From the human T2T-CHM13v2.0 reference genome, Homo sapiens, in the NCBI RefSeq assembly GCF_009914755.1, contig NC_060927.1: a stretch of DNA of 64,000 nt; one strand, 5' to 3'. Numbering within the stretch: position 1 is the stretch's first letter; each line of letters starts with the position of its first letter. Below, piece after piece: positions 1-13,760 of the stretch. Position numbers and translations under genes: made by a program. Under the pieces are notes generated by a model. It was not told where the DNA came from, made no database searches, and saw nothing but the letters and a program-made list of their open reading frames with translations.

Positions 1-330
1 TAAGCTTTCTTGGCTGGCAATACTCTGTCAGCTGTCACACTTCAATGCCAGGAAAGTAATACATCCTGACTTTGTGGGGAGAGAAACATGGCAACTCCAG
101 ATTTGGTACTTCCCCAGACTCTGCCCTTTGCCCTTCATCCCTTGGCTGATATTGAACTGTATCCTTTCCCTGTAATAAACTGTAACCATACGTATAATAG
201 TTTCTATGAGTTCTATGAGTCCTTCTAGCAAATTATTTATCATAAGAATGGCTTTGGGAATCCCCAAACTTGCACTTGGTGTTAAAAGTGAGGGAGGCCT
301 TACAAACCAACTTTGCAGTTGCCTAAACTC
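1..330 (+). mobile_element. MER21C-like LTR, 3' part (truncated by window edge)
   Basis: CTGTATCCTTTCCCTGTAATAAAC...GAGTCCTTCTAGCAAATT...GGTGTTAAAAGTGAGGG resembles the MER21 3' end. Confidence 0.75.
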
Positions 331-1576
331 CCAAGAAGTTGACTTAAATGCTCACAATAAGGTACTAAAATTATTGATTTCTCCTATTCCCTCTGTCAGT
401 TATTTTGTGAAAGAGACTAATTGGATTCAGTTTTTGTCTATCCATGACAGACTTCATCCCTGAATTTAACACCCCCGAATTTAACATTTTCCATATTTAT
501 TGAAGTAAATGTATTTGTTTAAAGAAACCAGCTAATGAGGACAGTAACACCTAAAAATATTTTATTTCTTTTTGAAAACTAGGTTTTGTTAGCAAGTTTA
601 AAATAACTAAAGAGAAAGAGAAGGGAGGAAAGGAAAGGAAAAGGAATGGAAAGGAAAAAATTATCACATATAGTTAAAGTTCAGGCCATACAAAAATTTT
701 ATCTGTGAAAAAGTAAATCCCCTGCCTTCCTCCTATTATAGAATCTTTTGTTGCTCAAAACAAGACTTGTATCCCTCCTTTTAATTCTTACATTTATGTA
801 TTTATTAATGTTAAACAATTTCTTTCAGATTGATTGAGGCCCTAAAGGTTATAGTTTGTGTGTGAAATCACAAGCCACACATTAATAATTTATCAGTATT
901 TTTTTCTATCTCCTTATCAGCAATTAGCAGGCCCCACTCATTTTTTTTTTCTAATCTCTACATACACTATATTTTTATTATCCTTTTTCTTGCCTGCCAG
1001 CCACCACTTCTTTAGTTTTATTGATTTGGTGCCTCTTTTAAAAATATTTGCCCCTTCCCACAATATAAGTTCAACTACTGGTTGGTTACTGGGTGCCTAG
1101 TGTGTGTGAGACACCATTTACTATTTTGAGGATCATTTATTGGAAAAACCTAGGTCTTAGTTAATGAGTCTCTAGATTTGATATGTATATGTGTATATAT
1201 GAATGTGTGTGTGTATGAGTGTGCATATGCGTGTTCCAGCCTTCAGAAATGATCTTTACTTTTGTAGAACATCCCAACATTCTGTGATGTAATCTTTAAT
1301 TAATGATAAGGGGGAAATTAGACACATATCTCTAAAACTCACTATGAAAGTCTGAAATAGGTATAGTAGAATAAATTAGATGGAATAAACTGCATTATAT
1401 TATACTTAGAGAACAGTACACTCTAAGTAAGTATCAAGATGTCAATGATAAGAGCATACTCTCACAGCAATTAAAATACAGAACATCTAAAGAAAGCTGA
1501 CCATTAGCATAAACCCTTTTGAAAATTCTGAAGTCTTTCATTTTCATTGGTAAATCTTGGATTTTCAGAAAATCTA

Positions 1577-1921
<345 letters not shown>

Positions 1922-2171
1922 TTAACTAATTTGAGACAGATCATGAATTTAATTAGCAAAAATCTATATTTGTTAAGTTCTTGTACCAGTACTCTTATCC
2001 CATTTAACCAATATAGAAAGGAATTATAATGCTATCATAATAATATAAAGAGAAGCATAGAATTGTATGATTTTTGTTTGATTAATAATATATATCTTGT
2101 CATAGAATTTCCCCTCTTTAATTTATAAGGAAAAGAAGATATGTTACTAGAGATTTCTTAAGTCCTAATTA

Positions 2172-2408
2172 CAACAATAGCTGACGTGTTTTGAGTGCTA
2201 CATGTATGTCAGGAAAAGCATTTTATGTGTTTTGATGATGTCATTATTCACCAAAACACTATGAAAAAGGTTATATTATTATCCCCATTTTACTATGACA
2301 GCAAAGTCAGTCCCAGGTTGGCTTAAATATCATGTTTGAGAGGAAAATATAGCTAATGAGTAAGGGAGCAGTGTTTGATTCCAGTCTGACTCCAAATCTT
2401 CACTATTA
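2172..2408 (-). mobile_element. MIR SINE
   Basis: TATTATTATCCCCATTTTAC core, ...AGCTAATGAGTAAG...CAGTCTGACTCCA. Confidence 0.7.
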
Positions 2409-4879
2409 AAAGCTTTAGGGCTGGAATAAATTGAATGATCATCTCAGCAAATATTGTTATGTTTCAGCTAAAGATACTGAGAACCAGCAAATTAAATGGC
2501 AGCTAGTTTATGGCAAAATAGGAACCAGGGTGCAGGTATCTGGACCTCATGTTAGTGCATTTAGCGCATTTTAATTGTATTCCCTTTTCTTTTTTACCCA
2601 CTATTAGTTCAGGACAATCCCAGCCTCAAAACTTTCAAACTGGAGACATGAAAAGCATCATATAAACCATACCTTGTCTATCTTCAAATACAAAGCCTTT
2701 CAGAAAGAAAGGGATCCATGGCTCTAAATATTTAGATTTTCGACCAGTTTATTAGGGATTATGAAAACTTATTTTTAATGTGGTTGCTAATTCATCTCAA
2801 ACTCTAAGCAAGTTACTAGTTGACATAATTAAATGCTTACCCTAAAATGGATGGAAAAGATTCACACCTGAAGTTGTTTAAATATGGACAACTATAACTG
2901 CAGTTTGCATTCACAATGACAGTGAATTATACGTGATTTCTGCAGAAGATAACAGTGGGCAAACAAGCTTTAACAAAGACTATTTTTTCTCCTTTTCTGG
3001 TTATTTTTAATGGCCATATTAAAACCTAAGAAGGTGTATAAACTGCCAGTTTTCTCAGGATTTCAGGATCCCATTTATTCTAAAAAATTTTCAATGAAAG
3101 TTTTATTTGTGGCGAAAAGAAGTGGAATCTGGGTGTGGGGTACAGCAGCCTTCCAAAAGCAAAAGTGCTTTGAAGTAATAACCTTTTCTTTGTTTAATTT
3201 AAAAATAATGTTTTACATATTTAATTATTTAATAAAATAACAATTAAAATTGTCACTCCAGAAGTATGTACCATACTTTAGCTTGCAGTTCAGGTATTTC
3301 TGTCACGTAGACTATTGTAGTCTCTGTTTAACTTGAGTGAATGTAAACGCCAGTTTAACAAGCACAGGTAGAGAATATGTGAATTTTGAGAAGCATGGGA
3401 TTAAACAAACAGGTTTCTTGCTGCAGAACTTATCAGGAGTTTGGCGTATTAGTATAGACTGAGAGTCAAAAAGAGGGGGAGACCTGAGCATTTCCAAAAT
3501 ATGTTTGACCATATAACCTTTTTCACATGGATCGCTTACCAGCATCTTATGGCGTGAGTAGTCCAAAGAACACATTTTGAGAAAGTCTGTTCTGATTCAT
3601 TGTTATCTCTATGTTTTATTATGTAAATACGTTTTTCTTATTTTTTTCATTTAAAAATTAAGTACTATAAATATTCTATAGTGATATCAAAAGAGATTTA
3701 TGTTTTGGCCATTTCTTTCAAAGCCTGTCATTAAACTTTGTTTGTATGTGAATAAAGCTTTTGCACAATTTTCTCAGTGTTTGAAAATAATGTCACTAGG
3801 TCACTAGTCTAGAAATATCTCCTGGATTCTGATGCCTGCCAACTCTGGGACTCCATACTTTCTAGTCATGTAACCTTTCTTAGTCTCGATTGCTTATTTA
3901 ATTTTATTTTAGAAAGATAACACCTGTCCTATCCAATTCACAGTGTTTTGAGTATTAAATAATTACATTTACTGTATAAACTAGGAAATATGAGAGCAAT
4001 GTGAGGTATTATCAATATTATTACCAATATTATTTTTACTATATAACATCTCATTTCCATTTAATTCTCTAAAAAGTGTTGGATAGGCTTGGTGGAGACT
4101 TACTAACATTGATGAAAACAATTTGAAGTAAGGATTGATTGATTCTTTGAATTAAATGTGAGTTTTTTCTAATAGGTTCTTCTACCAACCTTTGAAAATA
4201 GATCTGTCTATATTTTTATATAGGTTATGTAGCTTTAATTTGTTTCTTCTTATTTGCTGTCAGCTGTCATAGCTACCATTCCCATGGGAGGCTTTCTTTG
4301 TCTTATAATTTATTTTTAAGTGAGAAGACAAAACTGTTTTAGTTAAATTTTTTTTTCAAGTTTTCTGTAAGTGGCATTTATGAGCAATTTCAGATTTATT
4401 CTGTTATAATGGCATTTTAAAAAGATTATCCTTAGGCATTATGATGGCTTTAGAATAAATCTAGCTAAAAATTTTATCTTTGCTATTAAAAAGACCGCTT
4501 CTAAATGTCTTTAAACATAGTCCATCTTTCAGAGACCCTTTTGTTTGAAGATAAGTTTGTCCCGTGAGTATATTGAACAACAGTAATGCATGGCATTTAT
4601 TCAGCATTTTGTATTTTCAAAGCAATTTGCAATCATCAATTCATTTAACCACCCAACAATCCCAGCACTGAGAAGCAAATGTGACCTGACCACCACCTGA
4701 GCTGGCATTAGCACCCCAAATTGCCTTCTATGCTCACATTATTGAGACTTGCTTTGGTTAAAAACCATCCTTGAGACAAAAGAAAAGCTAAATATAAGCT
4801 CCTTCCTTCTGCTTCTTTGTCATTTATTTTCTCACAAGTGGAATAATCTATTGCCATTTCAGTGGGAGCTGTCTGAGTC

Positions 4880-5230
4880 CCCATTACTCCTTAGAGGTGG
4901 TTTTCATTTAAAGATAATGACAAGCTGTTATGGTAAGATCCTTTTAGAGAACTTCATGTGCTCACCCTTTAAGGTCGAATTTAGATGTTATTTCATAACT
5001 GAAATGTTCCATAAAACTTCTTTTTTGGTCTTCCTAGGATTTAATTTCTTTCTCCTGTGCTCACACAGAATTTTATATATACTTCTGTTATAGCTCTTGC
5101 CAAAATTTTGGTGTAGCTCTAAGTCTAGAATGGGAGCATTACTATGGCCTGTAACCATGTCTTCTTTATCCTTCTATCTATTGTTGTTCATTAGCACACT
5201 GTCTGGAATATGTGGGAACTCAAGAATCTT
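4880..5230 (+). mobile_element. L2 3' fragment
   Basis: TTAGCACACTGTCTGGAATATGTGGGAACTCAAGAA resembles the L2 3' terminus; boundaries approximate. Confidence 0.45.
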
Positions 5231-5544
5231 TTAATCCCATGTTAGAACTCAACTGCTCCAGGTGGCTTTCACCCAGCCACCCACCTTATGCTCTGACTGA
5301 TGTGCGGAGTAGAAAATGGGAACTGAATTAGATGAGTCCAGGAAAGTCTTCCTGGATGTATGAATGATTTGGCTAATTTCTCAGACTGATGAGGTGTTAT
5401 TTTGGTAAAGAACATAGGAAACAGTGTGTGAAAGCTCTGAAGCAGGAAACAGCATAACGTACTGGACTATGAATAGTCCTAGTAAGAGTGGCCATCACAT
5501 GCAAGCATCCCCTTCATTGCCGTCATTGCCATCATCATCTTACA

Positions 5545-5790
5545 ATTACCACTTAATGAGCATTTTCAAGGAACCCACTGCTGTCATTGGTGTCTTATAG
5601 ACTTTTTCACACATAAAAATCACCATAGACATACAGTGCAGGAATTATCCTCATAATTTTTTCAGGTAAAGAAAGGTTCAGAGAGACTAAGAAACTTTTT
5701 CAAGTTAATGCAGCTAGTAAGCAACGTAGCCAGCCCTTGAACCTTAAGACACAGGGATTGTATTTTTGTGGATTGCGTAGTGCCACTTGC
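5545..5790 (-). mobile_element. MIR SINE
   Basis: GGTTCAGAGAGACTAAGAAACTT...CAGCTAGTAAG core similarity. Confidence 0.6.
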
Positions 5791-6724
5791 ATACCATCTC
5801 GAGACTGCTTGCTCCTTGGAATACCTGCTGATTGTATCATTTCTCTTTTCTCCTTTGTCTATGAACCTGCAAGTGGTGAGCAGCCCAGAGGCTACATTCA
5901 GTGGAACTTTTCAGTTCTGTGATTCTGTTCAGAATCCACACGTCCTCTAAAAGGCTTCCTATAGAAGGAGTCCCCATTAACTGTAAATGGAGCTCTGATC
6001 ACAGGAGGAATGAGGACAGGAGCTGAGACCATTATTCTCTATTCTAAGATGTCTAAAGCAGACCATAACAGCTTTTATGTTTTCATTCCTTGCTTTGAGG
6101 CCTACACCTTGAAGGCTACCTTTCTTCTCAGGTTCCCAAAATGGTTTTTATTCTCAGAATTATAAAAGGCAATGCTATTAGTGCACACTCATGCTGTTTA
6201 AGGAAGCAAAAACTTTTCAAATCTTGAGTACAATTACTTATGGAGTGTTTAATTTAAAACAAGACAGATTGAGCTTTATTGCTTGAGGTTAAGGATGTGA
6301 TATATTCCTTACAGGGCTTTGGACCATGTAGTGGCTCATTGCAGAGTCAACTAGAACCATTTGAGAATTGCCTGACACAATATAGAATAACTTACAATTT
6401 ATATCAAAGAAATCAATAAAATTTGCAAAGCTTTATGGCTCTTTGAAGACTTAGGTATTACCTAAATTTAGGTGTTACCTAAAATTTCAACAAAGAATGG
6501 TTTACTGTATTGAAGGGTTCCATTCCATCTTCCATCCCAAACACACTATATTATAAAATAATGCAAGGAACATTTAATTAATTTGAGAATAATATAGAAG
6601 TGTGTAATGTGGATGTGGGTATATATGTATCTGTATTTCCATGTCATTTTGGGATATGGAATGTGCATTTTAGGATTTAGAAAACATGTTCTGTGTAACA
6701 TTTCTTTGCTCTTTTTTCTTTTAT

Positions 6725-7147
6725 GTATATATTATAGGTTTTAAGAGCAGTTTTAGAGTCACAGAAAAATTGAGCAGAAGGTACAGAGATTTATCTTAAA
6801 TCCCCTGCCACTATGCATGCATAGCTTTGTCCATTATCTACATCCTCCACCAGAGTGGTACATTTTTTACAATTAAAGCACCTACACTGATACACCATTA
6901 TCACCCAAAGTCTATAGTTTACATAAGGTTTCACTCTTGGTGTTGTACATTCAGTGGGTTGAACAAGTGAATAGTGACAGGTATCTACCATTGTAGTATT
7001 ACATAGAGTACTTTCACTGCCCTAAAAATCCTCTGTACTCTGCCTATTCATTTCTCACTACCCAGAATCCTTGGAAACCACTAATATGTTTACTGTCCTC
7101 ATAGTTTTGCCTTTCTCAAAATGTCATGTAGTTGGAATTATAGTACG
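6725..7147 (-). mobile_element. L1MC1-like 3' end
   Basis: GAGCAGTTTTAG...CACAGAAAAATTGAGCAGAAGGTACAGAGA...CCACCAGAGTGGTACATT...CACCCAAAGTCTATAGTTTACAT. Confidence 0.8.
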
Positions 7148-7168
7148 CTCCCTAATACATGTAGTACG

Positions 7169-7287
7169 TATTTAGTGCTAAAAAGAAATTGCTATCAAGT
7201 CATGAAAAGACATACAGAAAATTTAAATGCATATTGCTAAGTGAAAGAAGCCAATCCAAAAAGGTACCTTCTATATGGTTCTAACTA
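7169..7287 (+). mobile_element. L1MC1-like segment, inverted relative to the adjacent piece
   Basis: GCTAAAAAGAAATTGCTATCAAGTCATGAAAAGACAT...AAGTGAAAGAAGCCAATC is the consensus region just upstream of the minus-strand piece. Confidence 0.7.
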
Positions 7288-7998
7288 CAGTCATACCACA
7301 TAATGACATTTTGGTCAATGATGGGTTACATATACCACAGTGGTCTCATAATATTATAATACCCTCTTTTTTACTGTACCTTTTCTATGGTTAGATACAC
7401 ATATTCTTACCATTGTGTTACAGTTGCCGATAGTATTCAGTACTGTCACATGAGGAACAGTTTTGTAGCCTAGCAGCAATAAGCTATACCATATAGCCCA
7501 GATATATAGTAGGTTATATGATCTAGGTTTCTGTAAGTACACTTGTATTAGTTCGTTCTCATGCTGCAATAAAGAAATGCCTGAGACTGGGTAATTTATA
7601 AAGGAAAGAGGTTTAATCGATTTATGGTTCCTTTGGCTGGGGAGACCCCAGGAATCTTACAATTATGGCAGAAGGGGAAGCAAACACGTCCTTCTTCACG
7701 TCAGCAGGAGAGAGAAGTGCCAAGCAAAGGGAGAAAAGCACCTTACAAAACCATCACATCTCATGACAACTCACTCACTATCACGAGAACAACATAGAAG
7801 TAACTGCTCCCATGATTCAATTACCTCCCACCAGGTCCCCTTCATGACACCTGGGGATTATGGGAACTAAAATACAAGATGAAATTTGGGGGGGTGCACA
7901 GCCAAACCATAGCAACACTGTATAATTTTGCACAGTGACACAATCACCCCACAATGCATTTCTCAGAATGTATTCCATCATTAAGCAATGCTTGGCTA
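7288..7998 (+). mobile_element. Tigger3a (MER7A) DNA transposon, split by a THE1 LTR
   Basis: Starts CAGTCAT after TA; TTTTACTGTACCTTTTCTATG...; ends GCATTTCTCAGAATGTATTCC...TTAAGCAATGC followed by TA. Confidence 0.85.
7544..7914 (-). mobile_element. THE1C-like MaLR solo LTR
   Basis: TGTATTAGTTCGTTCTCATGCTGC...CAAACCATAGCA with 5-bp TSD ACACT (7539-7543, 7915-7919). Confidence 0.9.
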
Positions 7999-9344
7999 TA
8001 TATAACTTTCATTTATTTTAATTTCCATCAGTTACTTAGATGGCCTTGAGTAAATGTTGACCCTTTGACAATTGAGCATATTAATGTATATATCAATTGT
8101 GCCTGATTCAACTTACGTGGAGTTTTTTTTTTTTTTTTTTTTTTTTTATAAATATATCATTAAAGGTTATGTGTTTTCTTGATCTTGCCCTGTAAATACT
8201 TTTTTAGATTGTAAATGTCTGGGCTAGGATATGAACAATGGCAAGGCACAAAACTTTGGAAACACTAAGACTCATGAAGTCTTTAACAAGTGATTTCACT
8301 CTTAGTCTTACAAAATTTTCTAAGCTGACATTATAATTGATGGTATGTAAAAACACCATAGGACAAAAATAATACAGAGCATTGAATTTGTAGCCTTGTC
8401 ACATTAGTGGCTAGAAAACTATCCATTGATATTAAAATGTGTTATTTAGTACCATAAGATTTGTGACATTAACTTGGAAATTGTCAATATCATTAGGTTA
8501 ACAAAGGCTACCTTGAATTAAGGCAAAAAATATGGTGGAGTTACAAAAATATGAACTGGCCATTTATGAAATTGAGGAAATAATAACAGGTTATAAATGT
8601 TCTGCTGGGTAAAAATAATATAAATGAATGTCTTAAATATAGTGGCAAGTGAAGGGTTAGGCGTAGAAGTTTTTTTTTTTTTAATACCTCAGGAAAACTT
8701 TCACAGAATATTTGACTTTCAGAAGTAATTTAACAAAAACAATAATAATAAATTACAAAGCAGAAAATATGTGAGATGTATTTGTCATAATGATTAGGTT
8801 TTTGAAAACCTCTGAATAGCCAACTTAGTCTTTGAATTATTTGATGTCTAATGAGAAAGAATAGGATCAGGAGATAGAGGTAAGGAGTAAACCGCTGAAT
8901 GCACTTATATAAATATTTTATGAAGGTGAAAATAAAACAATTAAGGCAGCACACAATATACATCACATTGTTACAATTTTGTAGGCCTTAAAATTAGTAA
9001 AAATATTTACTATATTTAAGAATTTCCATTTACCAATCCCTTGCCCATTGTGTAAATTTAACGTATTCATTCACTGTCTTAAAACAATACTCTTAAATGT
9101 GCTCTGCTTTGTGTTAGTTACGGCTCTTTTAGCCACCAGCTCAACATTTAATGAGTTCTGACTGAATCACTCAGAGTTGTTGACCCTTTGTCCCAGGCTT
9201 TTTCCAAAGCCCTTTGTCTGTGCTCTTGACACAAGTCTCACACGTTGCTTTTTCCCAAGCGTAACATTGTATGTATGCCTCTGAGGCTAGCAGGTCTATT
9301 CTCTATGTCTATGTGTGTGTGTGGATGTGTCTATCTTTCCCTTT

Positions 9345-9355
9345 CTCTCTTTCTG

Positions 9356-9395
<40 letters not shown>

Positions 9396-9402
9396 TGTGT
9401 GT
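9345..9402. repeat. (TC)n(TG)n compound microsatellite
   Basis: Directly visible. Confidence 0.95.
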
Positions 9403-10377
9403 ATTTTTTCCTTCAAGACTTCATGGGGAGAGTGTGAGAGATGCAGACCTCTTATTTGTTCTCTGTCTTTCATCATTTTTAGAAATGAGAGTCAATAGCT
9501 CTTGTTTCAATTATCTCCAACTGTAAAGACTAGGCATTTAAGCATATTTGAACCATTTCTCATCGTTACTAACCAAGTATTTCATAGTGAATTCACATAT
9601 ACCATATTTGACTTTAGAATAAAGAACTCCGGGTTGGCAAGATTTCGTACACCACATGTGTACTAATAACAATAAACCTAATTTATTATTTATACTCTGA
9701 ACCCCTTAAAATGGTAGTTTTAGAAAATTTTCCGTTGTACTAGATGCAATATGCTATATTTTTCAAACATTATAGAGTAATCCTTATAGCAAGGAACCAG
9801 TGGTTTAAAAACGCTTTTTAAGAGTTTGTGGCTGATGCCAAAACTTAGGGGTCAATACCTGAAGTTTCTTCAGTCGCTTGAGTTCCCTAATTCTGCCTTT
9901 CTTGCTTTTCCTCTTCCTACTGCCTTCCCTTTCAGTACTTTCACTTGTTACCAGAGGATAAAGCAGATATGGAGCCTCATGGCAAATGCGTGACTACCAG
10001 ATCTATGACTCATCTGTGGGGACAATATTCCTAAAAAAGAGTCTAGAATTGATGCACAGAGAGCAGAGAGTACCTGGCTTCAGCTAAAATGGTGACAACA
10101 TGTATTGTAGAAGGGTCTAGTTATGTGCTGAGCTTTTGCGCTCACAGCTCTAGAAAGCTGGAGGATGGTGAGGGCTTTTTCAGACTTGGGAAGGAATGTA
10201 TGTGCATGAGTAGCACCTTTGTTTTCATGTAATTTGGAGTAAGGTACACCTGCTGGTCTTAAATTGTTAGAGGTTAAGACTCCAGGAACAGGCAATTCAC
10301 CAGTGATTTAAATTCAAAGTGATAAGATGGCCCTTCCCTGAGTATTTTCCACATTTTGAATTGCCATAGTATCAATA

Positions 10378-10735
10378 TGCTAAAATAATTAAATTGGAGG
10401 CTATTAGATGGAGGTGTCTTTAACAACCTAGGTTCCTACTTTAGGAAACAGAAACCTAACTCTTAATTTAAAAGAAAATGAAAATTAAGTTCATGTAATC
10501 ACAGGGACCCAAGTAGACATTAGTTATATTGTCTTGAACTTTCTACTGGGATAATCCAAATAGGGCAACTGATCAAACTTTAACCAAGCAAATGATTTTT
10601 TTTGCCTTGCTTCAGTATTCACCCTATAAAAGCCTTCCCCTAGGACTCCTTTGGTGGAGCACCAAACCCAATTCATGAATTGCTGTCTGTTCAAATAAAT
10701 TTTTAAATTTTAATGTGTCAGTTTATCTTTTAACA
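10378..10735 (+). mobile_element. Solo ERV LTR (MER57F/LTR47-like)
   Basis: TG...TTTTAACA ends, TATAAAA at 10625, AATAAA at 10694; GGAGGCTATTAGA..TAGGTTCCTAC motif shared with the inner ERV LTRs. Confidence 0.75.
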
Positions 10736-13269
10736 GATGCATGCACATTTTATATCATAACATCTACCTACATGCAACTTTTCTGTTTCATATTTAGGGT
10801 GAGAAATGGCTGAGAGTCAGGCTTCTAGAGTCTAGTCTCACCAGAATATTAATTAGCTCACCACAATTAATTAATTGTGGTTTAAGGAAAGGTACTACAG
10901 ACTCATTCGTCATGACCTTTGAGAGAATTTACTGCTTAAAAGGTCTTTAATTCCATGCATTCCTGGTCCTTAGATATATCTATATATTATAATCTTCATG
11001 AGGCCATGGCTTCTGTATCTGACATGTCTAGAAGAGTTCTGCTTATAATTTAAGCACTCAAGAAATTAAATTCATTCTAAGGAAATAAAGTATAAAGGAA
11101 TACACTTCTGCCATAAATTAAGGACTATCTTTTATTATTTCCTTGTTCTCAGTGATTTACTATTAGTGTGTGGAATGGGGTTAACTCTGAAGCTGTTTAC
11201 TGTGAGACCAGCCTTCTTTAGACTTCAAATTGAAAGATTATCATAACTGGATATTTTGAGCTTTGTGAGCTGTATGTCTAGACAGATAAAGTACAGAGAA
11301 TAGTAGTAGAATTGTAATGAATTTGTGTAATTTCCTACTAGGCAATAAAGAACCTACCCCCATCAAAGAAAGCATTCCTAGAATTAAGACAATTAGTTAT
11401 AGCTCATAATTTATCTAGTATGATTTACCACTCACCTAAGAATGACCCCACTTTATTTTACTTAATTGGAGACGATGTAAATGAAGAATCATTGTCTGGT
11501 AAGATGTCAAGTAGAACTGGTTAGGGGTTTTCATTTATAGAGAGAATAAATGCCACCTGTTTTGGTGGGAGTTGTTTTTCATTTTTTTTTTTTTTTAAGC
11601 ATGAGTTCCTGAACTTCGTCAGTTGAAACCATAACTCCCACAGTTACAGTTAAGTGTGTGAGAATATTATTAAAGGTACATTTTCAGTAGAGGAAGTCTC
11701 CAGAATGTGTTACTACTAATCTTCTTGTGAAGATTGTGGTATTAATCTTCTTGTGCCATTAGTGGTATTCACACGATAAAATGTTAATGTTTTTCTTCTA
11801 ATTTAAGTGCATTTCTGAACATACCTCAAAGCCAAGCCATGCTGGGTTGAAATAAGGAATGTGATTGGATTTGATTTTAATAGAACATAACATTGATGGA
11901 ACTGAGATTGACCTCATTATGATTCTCGATTCCATAAGAGATCTTTGCTTTAGGCATTAAAGAGCATATGGTAATAAGTTTTTTTATGCTTTGCTGTTAA
12001 AGATTTAGTGGGAAGATTATCTGGAATACTTTTTATCAAATATCTTATTTAAATAAGAGGAATTCTTTAAAGCATTAGCATTAAAAATTCACAGAGCCTA
12101 CAAAATTAAAGATAGAAAAATCTATTAGGTTATCTTCCGTCTCCCAGAAAAGGATTACTTCAGAGGAAAGAAGCTATGAAAATGAAAATAAAAACTGAAA
12201 CAATTATATCAATATTACAGATGAGTGAAGAAAGGATGTATTGGATTGTTTAGAGAAATCAAACGAAATAATTTTTTAACCTTTAAGAAATCTTTTACCT
12301 ATTTTTATATATTAAGTTTATATGTCTAAAGCCTTTACAGTTAAATCATCAGTTATTTTTGTTGTTTCTAAACCTAAGTAATTTTGAAACCTTTTTATTA
12401 CAAATAAGCAGCTAATATTCAAATCTGAATATTCGCAAAACAAATTATGTGCTTGCAGTACTTTAACATGTTTTGCCTTTTGGTTTTGAATTCTCAATAC
12501 AAAATTCTGTTTAATCACATTTATGTGATATTTTCATTTTGTTATATAATATGCACACAGATTAAAATAATTTTAAAGATGTGTGTGTTAGAAAGCAATT
12601 ATCAGTGTATTTACAGATTTTTTCTGATATTTTTCTTTTCAAGAATCAATGAGCTACTTTTGAATGTGAAATAGACGGACTAGGAAACAAACTTTACATT
12701 TGTCAGCATATGATATCACTGATACTTTCAATTTGAATGATCTTTTTTTGATGATTCAGTACCTTTTAGAAAAATGTTCAGTGTTTTAGATACCTAACCC
12801 TGACCCTGTTCTTCTCCAGCAAGACATATGTGGCTTTGTTTCTTGTGGCGGGAGGAGATCTTATCTAGCCACAGTGTGGCTGGGATGGTCTGCTCCTGGG
12901 GATGAGGTATGACTGGTCCAATCTGGATACTTGAGTGGAATGCTGCCACCCGCAGTCAGAATCTATAGCCCCAACAAAGTGTCACCAGTATTGACGTTTT
13001 ATGTTCTCTAGCTGTTATACACCCCTTCTTCAATTTCAAGATTGATCCTACAGATTGAGGTAGAATTGATGCTAAGGGTCGAGTAGTTTTAACCCTGGAG
13101 AGAGAAAAGATGAGGGGGATGGGTAAAATAGATGGCTCTGAAAGTTATTTTAAAAATGATATTAATTTTCATACCTGAAAGGTATTAACTTATTATGTGC
13201 CAGTAAATGTGCAGGTCCTAATAAATTATAACCAACCAAGCAAGAAAGCCCTATAGAATTTGTCCTATT

Positions 13270-13560
13270 TGTTGCCCCAAAGTTGTCCTCACTCCCTACT
13301 GTCTGCCAGTTACACTGGCCTCCTTTCTGTTTTTCATCTTCATAGACCCCTTCTGAAACAGGCCCATTGCACTTTCTTGTCTCTCTCTCTAGAAGGCTTT
13401 TGCTCGGAAGTTTTTTTTAATCCTTCATTGTCTCAACACAAATATTTCCTCCTCAGTGGTCTATGTCTTTCATTTTAGTTCTGTTGTATTTTGCTGCTGT
13501 ATCCCTAGTGCCTAGAATACTGCCTGCTATATATAATAATATATATATATTGATCAAATG
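13270..13560 (+). mobile_element. L2 3' fragment
   Basis: CCAGTTACACTGGCCTCCTTTCTG...GCTGTATCCCTAGTGCCTAGAATACTGCCTG. Confidence 0.6.
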
Positions 13561-13569
13561 AAAGATAAA

Positions 13570-13760
13570 GTGATATCATTTAGTCTTCATAATAACATGA
13601 GGTATATTTTGTTATTAACAGTTCATAATGGGAAAACGGAGTCTTATGGAGGGAGATTTAGTGACTTTTCTAAATTTAACCTACTAGGGTGAGGCAGATA
13701 TAGAATTCAAATTCTGGTCTATATATGGAAGTTCATCTTTAAACACTGAACTATACTGTC
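13570..13760 (-). mobile_element. MIR SINE
   Basis: TCATTTAGTCTTCATAATAAC...GGAAAACGGAG...AACACTGAACTATACTG. Confidence 0.55.

Noticed and set aside
10860-10881. 22-bp perfect palindrome ACCACAATTAATTAATTGTGGT
   Set aside because: Real but short and AT-rich, with no supporting context for function.
12820-12907. Exon-like segment TTCTCCAG|...GAG|GTATGA
   Set aside because: Splice-like motifs are present, but the peptide is unremarkable and such pseudo-exons are common in long introns.
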